Source: Camelus dromedarius (taxonomy: Eukaryota). Taken from it: a stretch of 64,000 nt of DNA. Below the pieces are notes generated by a model that had not been told where the DNA came from, ran no database searches, and saw nothing but the letters and a program-made list of their open reading frames with translations. Within the stretch, counting starts at the first letter, position 1; the number at the start of each line of letters is the position of its first letter. Of the stretch, positions 49,101 through 61,524 are shown piece by piece. The stretch spans positions 106,268,001-106,332,000 of the forward strand of contig NC_087437.1 of NCBI RefSeq assembly GCF_036321535.1, written 5' to 3'. Made by a program: the position numbers and the translations under genes.

Positions 49101-50957
49101 AACTTCCTTCCCAAAGTGCTACTTCGGCTTTCAATATGAGAGGTTTATGGGTTTCACTGCTTCTCTTTATGTTAAGCTAGCAACTTTATAGCTTTCTTTG
49201 CACAATTGGCAATTCAATTGCTAAAAACAGGGATGGGGCTTAGGAAGTTCATTTACAAGGCTCTCTCAAGGCAACATATGTATCGTGTATGTATGTGTAT
49301 GTGTGTATATTTAGACTCACATGCAAGCACACAACATCCCCAAAACTCCCTTTCAAAAAAGTACCAAAGTTCTTTCTAATTGGCAACATATAGAAACATA
49401 CAGTCTATTGTTTATAGAAGAAATAAAACTCTTAAACCCACTACAGGAAAATGAAAGAGTTTAAGATGATTCCAGCTTTTCAATAATTGACACCGATTGC
49501 CATGCAATGGTTTTATTCACCATTCCCTGTCTCCCGTTATTTGAATAGTAACTTGTCTAGTATAGTTAGACTAAACTCACACACCATCACCACCACTGAT
49601 ATGCTAATAAACTAGAAATCAACATGATGAGCTCCAGCCTGAAAATTCCTCAAATATAAGGCTTTGAGTTACGCACAAGCCATTTCTACTGTATTCGTGT
49701 TTTGAAATTTAGAACATTAACATTTCATTAAACTCAATGTAAGGAATGCATACTTTTAGAAAAGCTTCCACTTAGGCATACATTTTGTTGAAGAAAATGT
49801 CAGAAGCATCATACCCAGAGAGAATTAAAAACAGCATGAAGCTAAAATGAAAAGTATGTCTTTAGAAAAAATTTATTCCCTGTGGCATAGATTTTTTTTT
49901 CCCTACAGCCAATTGCTATACAGAAATTAGATTCATTCTAGCAACCTCCAAGGAATATCATTCTTCCAACAGGGAATGGAATTAGGAAACATAAAGTCAC
50001 TCTTTGAGTTCTGATACTCTATTTTTCTGCTGCTTTCTGTACCTGCCATTACTAGTTTGGCAAAATATTTGCCCCTTGAGGTTCTAATTTTCCTTAGTGG
50101 TTGTTGCAATTCTCAAGAAAGTATAAAGACTATAAACCTGGACATAAATTTGGAAAAAGTGCCAGTTTTCACAAAGAAAAACAATTGAAGACATTTACTA
50201 AAATGCTTAGTTGGTTGTTTGTACATAGAGTCTTTTAAAATGCCACCAAATAGCTACTGAAGAGAATTGTTACAAACTCTTATTTATCAGGGCACATGTT
50301 ACTATGTCTTGTAACACTTCTGAAAAACTAAAATAAAATATTCTAACCATTGAAGCCATATTTTTCCTTTTCAGTCCTTTGACCTGGAATTAATACAGAA
50401 ACTCCTGTTTAAGGGGGCCTTCTCTTCACTCTTTGGAACATCCTTTCTGTTCCAAACGTACAGCAGTAGGAGATAAAGTATTAAACAGAGAAATAAAAAG
50501 ACATAGTTACTATGCTCAAAAAAAAAAATTTGGTATAAACTAGGAACCAGCAAGAGGTAAGTGAGCTGAGGACCCAGGAGGGAGGACCAGGAGTTTGGCT
50601 CTGATGAGGGAAATTGCTCCACAAAAGACAGAGGCCAGAGTTAGTTCATCGTTGAAATCAAGGCGAGTGTAGCACCTCTGCCTCTGAAATGTAATTCAGA
50701 ATTTCTACTGCTGACTGCTACTTGACACTCAGGTTTCTGTGGCACTGAAGACCTAGAGAGAGAGGACACACACACAGTCGTGAGCCAGAGCTGCTTGAAA
50801 CAAGCCTCCTAGCCGCTCAGTGACTGACGGCCGTATTTTCAGTGGCACCTCCCTGCAGTGAGTTGGCTCTGCCTTGGGGTTCAGCAGTGGTCAAACCACC
50901 AGATAATGCGAGGTGAGCCCACTGAGGGAGAGAAAGCAGAAGCAAAACCAACATCCA

Positions 50958-51103
50958 ACAGGGAACTATATTCAGTATCTTGTAATAACCGATGGTGAAA
51001 AAGGATATGAAAAAGAATAAATATATGTATAACTGCATCACCATGCTGTACACCAGAAACTAACACAATATTGTAAATCAATTATACTTCAATTAAAAAA
51101 AAA
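50958..51103 (+). mobile_element. Young cetartiodactyl-type L1 3' end with poly-A
   Basis: acagggaactatattcagtatcttgtaataacc...tgctgtacaccagaaactaacacaatattgtaaatcaattatacttcaattaaaaaaaaaa. Confidence 0.9.
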
Positions 51104-51399
51104 AGAGAAAACAAAAAACCACAATATCCAAAGAGCGTACAAACCAAACACTCAAAATGCGCACAGAAACACAATGCCAAGAAAGACAACTGGCAAAATC
51201 ATGAAATAAATGTGGTTAGAATAAATTTAAAATAATTAAGACCATCTGAAAAAAAAGTTTAAAATAAATGTTCTAAGATCCTTAAAGAGAAAATGGAGGG
51301 AAATATCTTCCTCAAAAAAAAAAAAAAAAAGTAAAGGGAAGAGAAAATATTATGAAACAAAACAGGCATAAATGAACCAAAAAAAAAAAAAAGAAGAAA

Positions 51400-51535
51400 A
51401 AAGACAGTGAACTTAATAAAAATTAAAAACGTCTGTTCTTTGAACAACTGTGTTAAGAAATTGAAAAGGCAAGCCACAGTTGAGAGTGGGGGGAAATTGC
51501 AACACATTTTTCTGACCGGGAATTTGTATCCATTA
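51400..51535 (+). mobile_element. L1 ORF2 fragment
   Basis: aaaattaaaaacgtctgttctttgaacaactgtgttaagaaattgaaaaggcaagccacag. Confidence 0.7.
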
Positions 51536-52617
51536 ATTACTTTTAAATTTTTCTTTCTAAAAAAGTCTGATAGTTTGTGAACTATGGTTTAGAGTAAATT
51601 GGAATTCTCAAAGGAGTTTTCATTATTCAGGTTTGGGACTGTTCAATAATGGTCATTGAAGAACAATGGTCATTCTAAAGAGAGAGTTTGGAACCACACC
51701 TGTACATCAAAGGATTTGTTTATCCAGTCTCTTAAAGATGAGGTTATTTCTTAAGAAGGACCATAATTATCTGAAAAAGATGGACATTTAAAAAGTCAAG
51801 CATAGTGAACGTGAAAAAAGAAGGCTACTTTCTTCGAACCCGGCTTTGTGTAGACCTCCCTGGGAAAAATCAACCTCCAGGAATCGTTGCTGCCAGTGCC
51901 CTTGCCTCTCTCACCATTTGCAAAGCTGAGTTGCGTGGAGCTTCTGTGTGACGTCTAATCTCTCTGGCTGACAGCATCTGCCTCATTACCTGCCTGGTGC
52001 TGTTGCAGACCGGTCCCTGGAGACAGACATTCACACACCATTTCTTCAAGGCTCTTGCTGTAGGTTGTCTCTAGGAAGTAATGAAAGTGCCAAATGTTCT
52101 CCATGGGCGGGCCTCGGACCTGCAGCCCCCTGCCTTGAGCCCTCAGCGCTAGCGGTGGGGTCAAAGCCATTATCCAACAAGTTGGAGGAGTCCACCTCTA
52201 TTCAGGACCGTTGACTTTTGGAAGGTTTGCTGGAGTTCGCTAAGATGTTTTTATCTGAAAATACTTTCTGTCTTATAATTCTGCTTCCTGAAGATTCTAA
52301 AAACAGCAAAAACTAACAAATTATGTTTTTATTGTTGTCTACCTTCCTTTAATTGGCTAAAGAGTATTTTGGGCTCTACCTGAGACTGTATCTTAACAGC
52401 TGTGTTCTCCAGTGCAGCTTCATCCTGGTGTTTAGGGTATTCTTCTGGCCTTTGATACGGAATCCTATTCTTAAACTGCTTTATCGTGACAGGTGATCAT
52501 TTTGCCCAGGACTTGTTAGTCAGTTTAGGTGAGCGTCAGCCAGAAATGCTGCTCTCTTCAAAGTGAAATTTTAGAACAGAATGAGAATGAGGAATACCAC
52601 CTTGCCAGAGCCTTTTT

Positions 52618-52793
52618 TTTTTTTTTGTATTTTTATTTATTTATTATTGTATTATTATTTTATTTTGGCAAGGGGGGAGGTAATTAGGTTTACTTATTTT
52701 TAGAGGACGTACTGGGGATTGAACCCAGGACCTCATGAATGCTAACCATGCGTTCTACCACGTGGGCGATACCCTCCCCACCCCTGCCCCCGA
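52618..52793 (-). mobile_element. tRNA-derived SINE (Vic-1-like) with 13-bp TSD
   Basis: CCAGAGCCTTTTT at 52605-52617 and 52794-52806. T-rich tail and gtactggggattgaacccaggacctc. Confidence 0.93.
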
Positions 52794-53000
52794 CCAGAGC
52801 CTTTTTAAAAAAAGAATTCTTTTGTGTTACTGTAAGTTGTTTGGTGACTTTGAGAGAGAACTGAGTGCCGAAATAGATTATTCAGAGGTGACCTTGTTTT
52901 TCTAATTAATAATCAGTTTGTTAAAGAAACAGTTTCAAAGCCCTTGGTCTTAGTAAGCTTTGGATTACAAATCTTATTATTCTACTTATATGTCTAGCAA

Positions 53001-53172
53001 TTTTTTTAATTGAAGTATAGTCGATTTACAATGTTATGTTAATTTCCGATATATAGCATTGTGATTCAGTTATATGTATATATATTTCTTTTCATATTCT
53101 TTTTTGTTATAGGCTATTGCAAAATATTGAATATAGTTTGCTGTGCTATACAGTAAGACCTGGTTGTTTATC
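53001..53172 (-). mobile_element. Young L1 3' end, antisense
   Basis: tttttttaattgaagtatagtcgatttacaatgttatg...tgtgctatacagtaagacctggttgtttatc. Confidence 0.9.
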
Positions 53173-53393
53173 TGAGTAAAGGGGGCATAAAGGTAGGGGA
53201 TTAAGAGGTACAAACTATTAAGTATAAAACAAGCTACAAGGATATATTGTACAACATGGGGAATATAGCCAACAAGTTATAAAAACTATAAATGGAGTAT
53301 AACCTTTAAAAATTGTGAATTACTATATTGTCTACCTGTAACTTTTATGACTGTACATCAACTATGCTTCAATAAAAAATTAAAAATAAAAAA
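53173..53393 (+). mobile_element. L1 3' end (L1MA9/cetartiodactyl-like), sense
   Basis: ggggattaagaggtacaaactattaagtataaaac...atggagtataacctttaaaaattgtgaat...catcaactatgcttcaataaaaaa. Confidence 0.88.
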
Positions 53394-53833
53394 TTTGTTA
53401 ATATGGTATATCCTAAACCTTCTTACAATTTCAATGCCATAAATTCATTAAGAATTTTTCTCATTCTTTTCTAGTAAAATCATAAGTTCGGATCAATTAA
53501 TCAATAATATGTTTCAAGTTGAAATCACAGGCTGAACTGTTTCTGTAATAGGCCAAATTTCCTAAATCATGACAGGTTTTAAGTACCAGTTGCTATATTA
53601 TGTATTTTTCTTAAGCACAATACAAAAATATTAAAACCATCAGTTTGATTCTCTTAAACATCTTGACTTAATTCGAAAACTTCCCAGAAAACAGCCAATT
53701 GAGGTGGCGTAACCAGTGGAAATATTGACTAGAATGCCAACCAGATTGATTTTTCCCAATCCCACTGCTAAGCCAAGCACAGTCACTGTATCATGGTTTC
53801 CAAAGTTAGAGAAGGCAGTTGGCATTTCCCTGG

Positions 53834-54347
53834 TGTATTAGAGTTCTCCAGAGACACAGAACCAATAAGATATACATATATATCTATAAATCTTTATATA
53901 TGAATATACATATGTATATACATGTATGTGTATATATTTATTTACCGTGAGGAATTGGCCTATGCAGTTATGGAGGGTAAGTCTCATGATCTGCCATATG
54001 CAAACTGGAGACCCAGGAAAGCTGTGCTATAGATCAGTTTAAATCCAAAGGCCTGAGTACCAGGAGAGCCAACAGGGTAAGTCTCTGTCCAAGGACAGAA
54101 AAGACTGAAGTCTGAGATCAAGCAGTAAGGCCAAAATGGGAAGAATTCTCCCTTCTCCATCTTTTGTCTATTCAGGTCCTAATGGACTGGAAGATGCCCA
54201 CCCACACTGAGTAGGGCAATGTAATTTACCGATTTAAATGCTTAGCTCATCTGAAACCCTCCCACAGACACACCCAGAAATAGTGTTTAGCCAGTTATGT
54301 GGGCATCCCTGATCCAGTCAAGGTGACACATAAAGTGAACCATCACA
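53834..54347 (-). mobile_element. ERVL solo LTR (MLT2B-like), complete, with internal TA-rich microsatellite
   Basis: tgtattagagttctccagagacacagaacc...gtcaaggtgacacataaagtgaaccatcaca. Flanks are cctgg and cctga (4/5 TSD). Confidence 0.92.
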
Positions 54348-55469
54348 CCTGAGCTTGCCTGGTGTCATTACCTTTTTCTTCCATCTCTTAATAAAAGATT
54401 GCAAGCCAGACCCAGGACAGTACTTTACTTAATTGAATTTTACATTTCTTGGTGCTTAAAAATATTTAGATGTTTTCCCAGATAGATTCAAAACACTTTG
54501 AATTTTAGGGAATTCTGCATCCTCTTCCTAATTTTCCTTATCTTGTAAGGTCACAACTCCTATTAGATAACTAAAATGACATCTAATTGGATACTAGATA
54601 TTCCTTCTTGGCCTTGTTCGATCATTCGGTCTCAACTTCTAAGATCATTCTAGCGTCATTTGAAAGGAAAAGCATAGACGATATTCAGGAACAGCGACCG
54701 TTGGAGGATGTTACAGAGCTGGTCTAGAGTGAAGGACTAGAAAACAGGTTTCAGCACAACAGCTGCCAGTGATCAGAGGGTTGGGGGTAGAAACCAAGAA
54801 AATTCAGTTTGAGAAGTTCCCTGGGGTGTGGAGGGGGTGGGAACAGAACTCACACTATATCTCAAGGCCAACAGTAAGGTGAAATTGACACAAACCTCAA
54901 GACTGTGCTTTGGTAATTCTCGGTAACCGAGATGACCAGCCCGGCCCACGATAATCTAATTGGCTTTTCTCAAAATAGAGTTTGGGTTGCTTGTCATGTG
55001 AAGAACTGAACGTATGATTGTATAGTCTTATGCCCAGACCCTTCCTCTCTGCTTCCATCATAGTCTTTGGGTACAAATGGAGTGCTGTCACATTCATCAC
55101 CCTAATTTTCTGACTTTTTCACCTTACCCTTCTCACTGCCATCTCACAAAATCTCCTCTTACTCTGGAAAAAGCCCACTCTTTTCTTTGCCTCTGGCATC
55201 TTCACTGAAGTTGGCTGCCCAGCCTCCACAGGGTATAACTCATGTCTGCCCTGAGGAAGAACACAGCACTCCTGCTAGAAGCTTCCTTGTCGTTTTCTCA
55301 TCAGTTACCAGTCTTTCTCTGGCATTCCACACAGGAATGAGTGTGCCTCTCTTCCCACTACAGGGCTCCATTTTATCATTTGAACCCCAGAGCAGAGCAG
55401 CTTACAGTGCACATCTCTGAAAATCCCTGCTGGAAATCATTCCCTTTAGAAATGTTCTAGAGGGCATCA

Positions 55470-56035
55470 GACATACCCCTGGGGCCACGTTAACCAAGTG
55501 GACCACCAGCAATAAGATGTATTATCAACATACTATACCACCTGATATGATGCAGTGAGAAACAAGACTACCACTGTGGTATACTTCTCCAAAATGCGGA
55601 TCTTTAATCTCACCGTGAGAAAATATCAGCCAAACTCAAACTGAGGGATACTCTGCGACTAACTCACTACTCCTGACTACTATTACTACTAATACTCCTC
55701 ATCAAAAATGTCAAGGTCGTGGAAAGCAAAAGAAGACCAAGAAACTGGCACAGATTAGAAGAGACAAGGAGGCATGACCATAAATGCAACATGGAATCCT
55801 GGAATGGATCCTGGAATAGAAAAAGGACGTTGATGGAAAAACTGGTGAAATCCAAATGGGAACTGTAGTTTACAGTCTTGTACCCAAGTTAATTTCCTGG
55901 TTTTGATTCATGTCCCATCACTACGTGAGATGTTAGCATTAGGGGAAGCTAGGTGGAGAGTATATGGAGAATCTCTGTACCATTTTCTGCAGTTCTTCTC
56001 TAGTTCTATAATTATTTCACAATTAAAATGTTAAG
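55470..56035 (+). mobile_element. L1 3' UTR (L1MC-like)
   Basis: aaaatatcagccaaactcaaactgagggatactct...atggatcctggaatagaaaaaggac...agatgttagcattaggggaagctaggtggagagtatatgg. Confidence 0.88.
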
Positions 56036-56143
56036 ACAATTTGTGACTATGAAAGCACATTAGAATTAAAAGTAGTATCTTCTTGCTGCTGTGTTGGTAC
56101 CTAAGTAGAAAAGTGTTATGATTAGGCTTATTATAGAACAGCA

Positions 56144-56328
56144 CAGTGGTTCTCTGTAGTGAGCGTCAGAATCACCCGGAGGTCTTGTTTAAACACAGAT
56201 TACTGGGCTTCACCCGGAGGATCTGATTCACTAGATCTGGGGTGGAGCCTGAAAAATGTGCATTTCTAGCAAGATTCCAGATGATCCTGCTGCTGCTGGT
56301 TAGGGGAACCACACTTTGTGGACCACTG
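56144..56328. mobile_element. MER5A-like hAT-Charlie non-autonomous DNA transposon
   Basis: Terminal inverted repeats cagtggt...accactg, internal gaatcacc...gattc...ggggtggagcctga. 8-bp flanks are gaacagca and ggatagca (6/8). Confidence 0.9.
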
Positions 56329-57879
56329 GGATAGCATTAACTATGTGCATCAGGTGTATAAATGTAGGTGTGACATTGACAATTGCTGGTTCCTTAAGAC
56401 CCTTCCCAGGGGGTGAGATATTGACAGGGGATGAGCCAGTGAGGTAGAACCTGTATCCATGCCCTAACAGATAGCCCTGAATCACAGGGCTGGACGAGCA
56501 GAAACTGGTCTTGCCTGGGAGAACAGAGACATGCTCACAAGATCTTTCTTTTCTACAAGACAGCATCACATGTATTTAACTCTGGAGACAAATATGCCTT
56601 ATTTCAGAATCCATCTAAAAGATAGCTGTGTATGTCTTATTAAGCTAAGTCACTGAGTGATTTTTCTGTGCTCCAAAGCTAGGCAGATGGATTTTTTTTT
56701 CTTCTTTTTTGAGGGCTTCTATTTTGATGAAGGGGAACATAATAACTATGGATTTATACCTCTAGTCATGGTATGGCTTGAATTTCTGAACTTTGACAAG
56801 GGCAGTTAGCAAAAAACCAAGGCCTTTGACATTTTAAAATAGCACATGAACATTACATTTTTCCCCTTTCAATTTAAAAAGACAAAACCCATTACAGACA
56901 GCTAGAAAGATAGGAAGTGTCATAATTTCTTCACCCTGATACAGTCAGGACCGCCTTTGATTTTTTTGTGACCTTCTCGTCTTTGGTGCCCCCATATTCA
57001 TTTAATTATAGTTCACGTAGTTTTAAATTCTATTTTTTCCCCAGTTTCTTCAAGTCACAAATTATGTTTCTCCATGGTCTTTATATATTATCATATATTA
57101 TAATGGTAACATTTTTAGGTAGTTTTCTATTATCATTTAGTGAATGCCTAAATTTCAAATGATTGTGTTTGACTTTAATTAGCTGTTTTTTCTATTTTGA
57201 ACACTTCTGTTGCTTCCATCTTTTGAAATCATAAAAACATAAGAAAATGATGTTAATCGTAACCTAACACTTTGCACATTTCCCCCAAGAGGTAGACTCT
57301 GCCATTGAAACTAATAGCATTTGAATTGGTCCAGTAAGCTTGGTTGATGAGAACACAGTGCTGATGACACAATGGTAGTGATTAGCTTTAATGAGGGAAA
57401 AACTGCCTCTCCTTGTCCAGATAAGAACTCTTGATCCACTAAATATTTTACCAGCCTGTAGACACACCCGTCCACCATCATTGCTCCAGAATAAAATTCA
57501 GTGTATCAGTTCGAATCTCTGATGGTATAAAATTCGTTTTCTTGCAGAAAACATTTTTTACAATGACATCTGAAAATGGCTGAAATTTCGTTCAGTCGTC
57601 GATCTTGTATGAGACGTTCTTCCCCAAAATGGGAAGACCAAGACTTAAAGACATGTCCTCACAGGGCAGTGGCAGAAAGAGATACAGAATGAATTCTTAA
57701 CATCCTAAGTCTGGGAGACAATTCCTGTATCTTTAATTGACTACTCTTTTTTGAGGACTGAAGCCACCTGCCTAATAACGCATCTTTTGGATCTGCCCTT
57801 CACCAAAGAACTGTTCAAGGCATTATCTGTAATCCCTGGACCCACTGCTTGAAATGAATCACTGGTATAACTTGCGGTC

Positions 57880-58075
57880 AGAGACTTCAGATTGGTTTGA
57901 AGTTACACATTCAATTATAGTGAGACGTTGGAAGTCCTCTTTTAAACTCTCTGTGCCTCAGTTTCCTCGTCTCTAAATTGGAGATAATAACAGAACCTAC
58001 TTTATAAGTTTACTATAAGAGAATGCTTAGAACAACCCTGTTGCTATCAGCACTAAGTAAATGTTAGCTATTACT
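57880..58075 (-). mobile_element. MIR SINE
   Basis: ctctctgtgcctcagtttcctcgtctctaaattggagataataacagaacctac...aaatgttagctatta. Confidence 0.88.
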
Positions 58076-60109
58076 TCTTTAAGACTGTTGGCAGGGAACA
58101 TAACTTTTTTGTGGACCATCAGTGCCAAACTACAGTGTCTGGCAAATAGTGGGGCTCAGTGAATGTTTGCGAGTGACTTAATAGCAATTAAAATGAATAC
58201 TCAGAGTGACTGGCGACAAGGCTTTTGCTTTGCCTTCTTGCCCTGTTTATTTCTTGTTTTCCTTACACTCTGTAATTTAGGGATTAGGAGCAACTGGTTG
58301 CTTATGTTCATAAGCCAAACACAAAAAGTACTCAGCGGGTCTTAGAGGGAGAGCAGCGAGGTCTTGTAACCACCATAGCTTAGATGGTGGAAGTTTATTT
58401 CCACATCAGCTGTTTTCATCAATGAAAACTGCCTACGTTATTTTTGGAGTGTTAGACATTGAAAAGATTGACTGTAAATCCATAATTTTCACAGCCATGT
58501 CCTTCAGAATTTCCTTTCCTACTCTTACAACTGAAAAATGAAAACAAAACCAGAAATATATCTGTACGGGTATAAGAAGCCCTCTACATTTGAGAAGCCT
58601 TCAGTTAAGATTTCAATTTGTTACGTAACTTATGATTCCCTTCTCAGAGTTAATTTCCTGTTTCCCCTAAATATCAGGCACACTTGCAAGGTGGAAGGAG
58701 AGGTCGGTGGAGCTAAGCTCTCACCCTGATCAATGGTCCCAGTTCTCCTTGCTGGGCTGGATGCACTTGGTTCCGAAAGCTCAGCTGCTAGCCAGTGGTT
58801 TAACTTGCAGTGTATTTTCTCAGAGTGGCAATGTTAGGTGTTAGGTTCTACAACCAGTGTAAGGAACCATATTAATCTTACCCAGAAGGGTAATTTGATA
58901 TGGATAGGACTAGAAAACCCAGCCACCATTTGTAATGATTGCTGCATGGGATTTTTTAGACTCTCCATTTAAGGAGCCAGAAATGCATCTTTCTTAAAAG
59001 TGAAATTAGGGTCCACACTTCTCTCCACCCTCCACTTGCTGTCTTTGAAAGTAATGATACTTCCGGTCTCCATCTAAGCAGGACGTAGCTCCTCTGGACC
59101 AAACAGAGAATGAGACTGAGAAGTCAGGGGGCAACAAGGAGCCGTGGAAGATATGTACCATCTGCAGGGCAGCCTCTGAACTCAACCTGGTTTTTCTGTA
59201 GCTCCCAGGACTTTATCTACAACATGCTACAAACTCTGCCATTATCATCCTTTATTTCCAATTAGATCAACAACTTATTAAAGATGAGTTCATAGAAGAT
59301 TGATCCTTGATAAACCCTTAATCGTGACTGTCTCACCACGTTGTCACATATGAAGGGCCATATAATTGTTGAAATGAAATCCCTCCATTCCCTACCCCTT
59401 AAGGAGAACTATATAATCTGACAGTTTCTCCTCTACGTCTCATGTAGAACTCAAATTCTACTATCACTCAAGTAAGAACCCAGCTTTTTTGACACATCTT
59501 GTGAATTTCATTGCAAGACGTTAAATAAAAATCGGACATCTATTTCCATCCAGACCCTGTAGGGAAAGACAATAAGCCTTTATTCTTCTACGATGATGCG
59601 CTGGCTACGTTTCACTGTGCTAGTCTGTGCAAACCTTGCCCCTGTAAGGGGAAGAACAGCCTTATTTACCAAGAGATTCCCCAGCCTGTGGCTGATTGGA
59701 CCACAGACCGGCCAATCAGGTGACTCCCAGTGGTGGCGCCCTGTTAGGGTCCAGGGTACCCTGACGTTAGGCTGTGTACTTCCTGCCTTGGTTTACGTGA
59801 GGTTCTTCTGTGTCTTTTCAGTTACTACTCCAATTCTTATCTCTTTTTTTGAGCTATCATGACTGGAACTCAGTTTCTTGAGACCAAACCCTTTCACCGA
59901 GACAATGCAGCACAATCTTTAAGAATAAAAACAAAAAACTAAAGCAAAACAAAACAAAACAAAAAAACACACCAAAAATCCCAACCCAAGCCCTGTCTTC
60001 TACATGTCAGGGGAACCTTTACAGGAGCTGAGGAGGAGAGCAGGGCTCTGAGGTTTATAGATACACATATGAAATGTAGCGTGGTGGGTAGCAGAAGGGG
60101 GGAAAACCC

Positions 60110-60265
60110 GTTTTATGGTGTCTGCCAATTTTTGAGTATAAAACACTCCAATCATGATGATTTAAAGTTATTAATACTTTAACAACCAATTTACAAAATT
60201 TATGCAAATTTAACAACAAATTCTCGCGAGCAAGCCAAGAAGCACTTGCTCGAGTGTACCACAGA
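60110..60265. mobile_element. hAT DNA transposon fragment (MER63-like)
   Basis: ctgccaatttttgagtataaaacactccaatcatgatgattt...tttaacaacc...aaatttaacaacaaattctcgcgagc...gtgtaccacag. Confidence 0.55.
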
Positions 60266-60682
60266 CGGACTAGGGGTTGGGGAAAGAGCCTTAACGCCCC
60301 ACCCCCTTTTTTTACCCCTTCACGTTTTGACCTGAGTGGTGAGACGTGGAATCTCAGCCGGAGGAGACTGAGTTTTCTAAAAAGCAGTGAGGAGGAAAGA
60401 GCAAGGTGGATAACTACGGATGGAGAGCAGCAGTGTCCTGCCAGTTGAGAAGGTGAATAAAGCATTCATGAGTCAAGACAAGAGGTGGAGGGAGCAGATG
60501 CATCGTTATTCTATTCTATTATTCTATTCTGGGTAGACTCACTGGAGAAATAAACATGGTGCACCGTGGCCCCCTACTTAAATCCCGCCTGTACATTTTA
60601 CCTGCTTAAAGCTTAACTGGGTTGATAATTTCTACTTGTAGTATGTAAACAGGCCAGCAGTTAGAACAAATCCAGAGATAGT

Positions 60683-61246
60683 CACAGGAGTTCAACACCT
60701 GCTGCTCCAAAGTATGACTCTTTGCTGTATTGATTATTTTGAGCTGCAGACACTCAAGAAACAGCAAACGCAGGTAGAGGCTTTCTCTCAACAACCCTTA
60801 TCTGAGTAAAGACAGACCCTCCAAAAGGAATGCAGTTGTCATAAACCCCCTCTCTGGGAATTTCTTCAACCAGGGAAGCTCTGCTCTTACCACTGGAGGG
60901 GAGATTAGAAGTGGACAGCACGCCTAGACAAGTTTCATCACAAACCATTGTGTCTCCTGTCTGTTCTTCTAAGGGCCTATTCATTCTTTCCTAAAGACCA
61001 TTTACTTTCCTTGAAGTGACTTACATCACTCCCTCCATCTATTGAGATAGTGTATGAGCTCTCATATATCATTCTTTTTGGGGATATTCTTTTTATTTTT
61101 TTTTTTCCTGTGATGTCTCCATACATGTAACACTAAGTTAATAAATTTGTAAACCTTTTCTCCTGTTAATCTACTGTTGTCAATTTATTTCATAGACCCA
61201 ACTATTGGATCTAGAGGAGTAGAGGGGAAGTCTTTCCTCCCCTACA
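60683..61246 (+). mobile_element. ERV1 solo LTR (MER34-like)
   Basis: ggagttcaac...gattattttgagctg...aataaatttgtaaaccttttctcctgttaatct...tttcctcccctaca. Confidence 0.8.
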
Positions 61247-61524
61247 GTCCTACAGAAATGATTTTCTTTCGTTCCCACTTTGTGTGAATAGAACCCTCTG
61301 GAATTGTACAGCAAGGGAGCCCTGTGTGTAGACAATATAGAAGAACTAAACCTATTGATTATATACACCTTGGTGTCAATTATTTGATTAACTTTCTCAT
61401 CTAAGTGGTGTTAACCTGTGTGGAATAGAGTTTTGATTGATAGACTAGGTGGTCAGGCTTTAGAGGGAGTGCAAAGAACAATAGCATAGATCAATTTTCG
61501 CTGTCTTGACTCCCATTTTAAACA

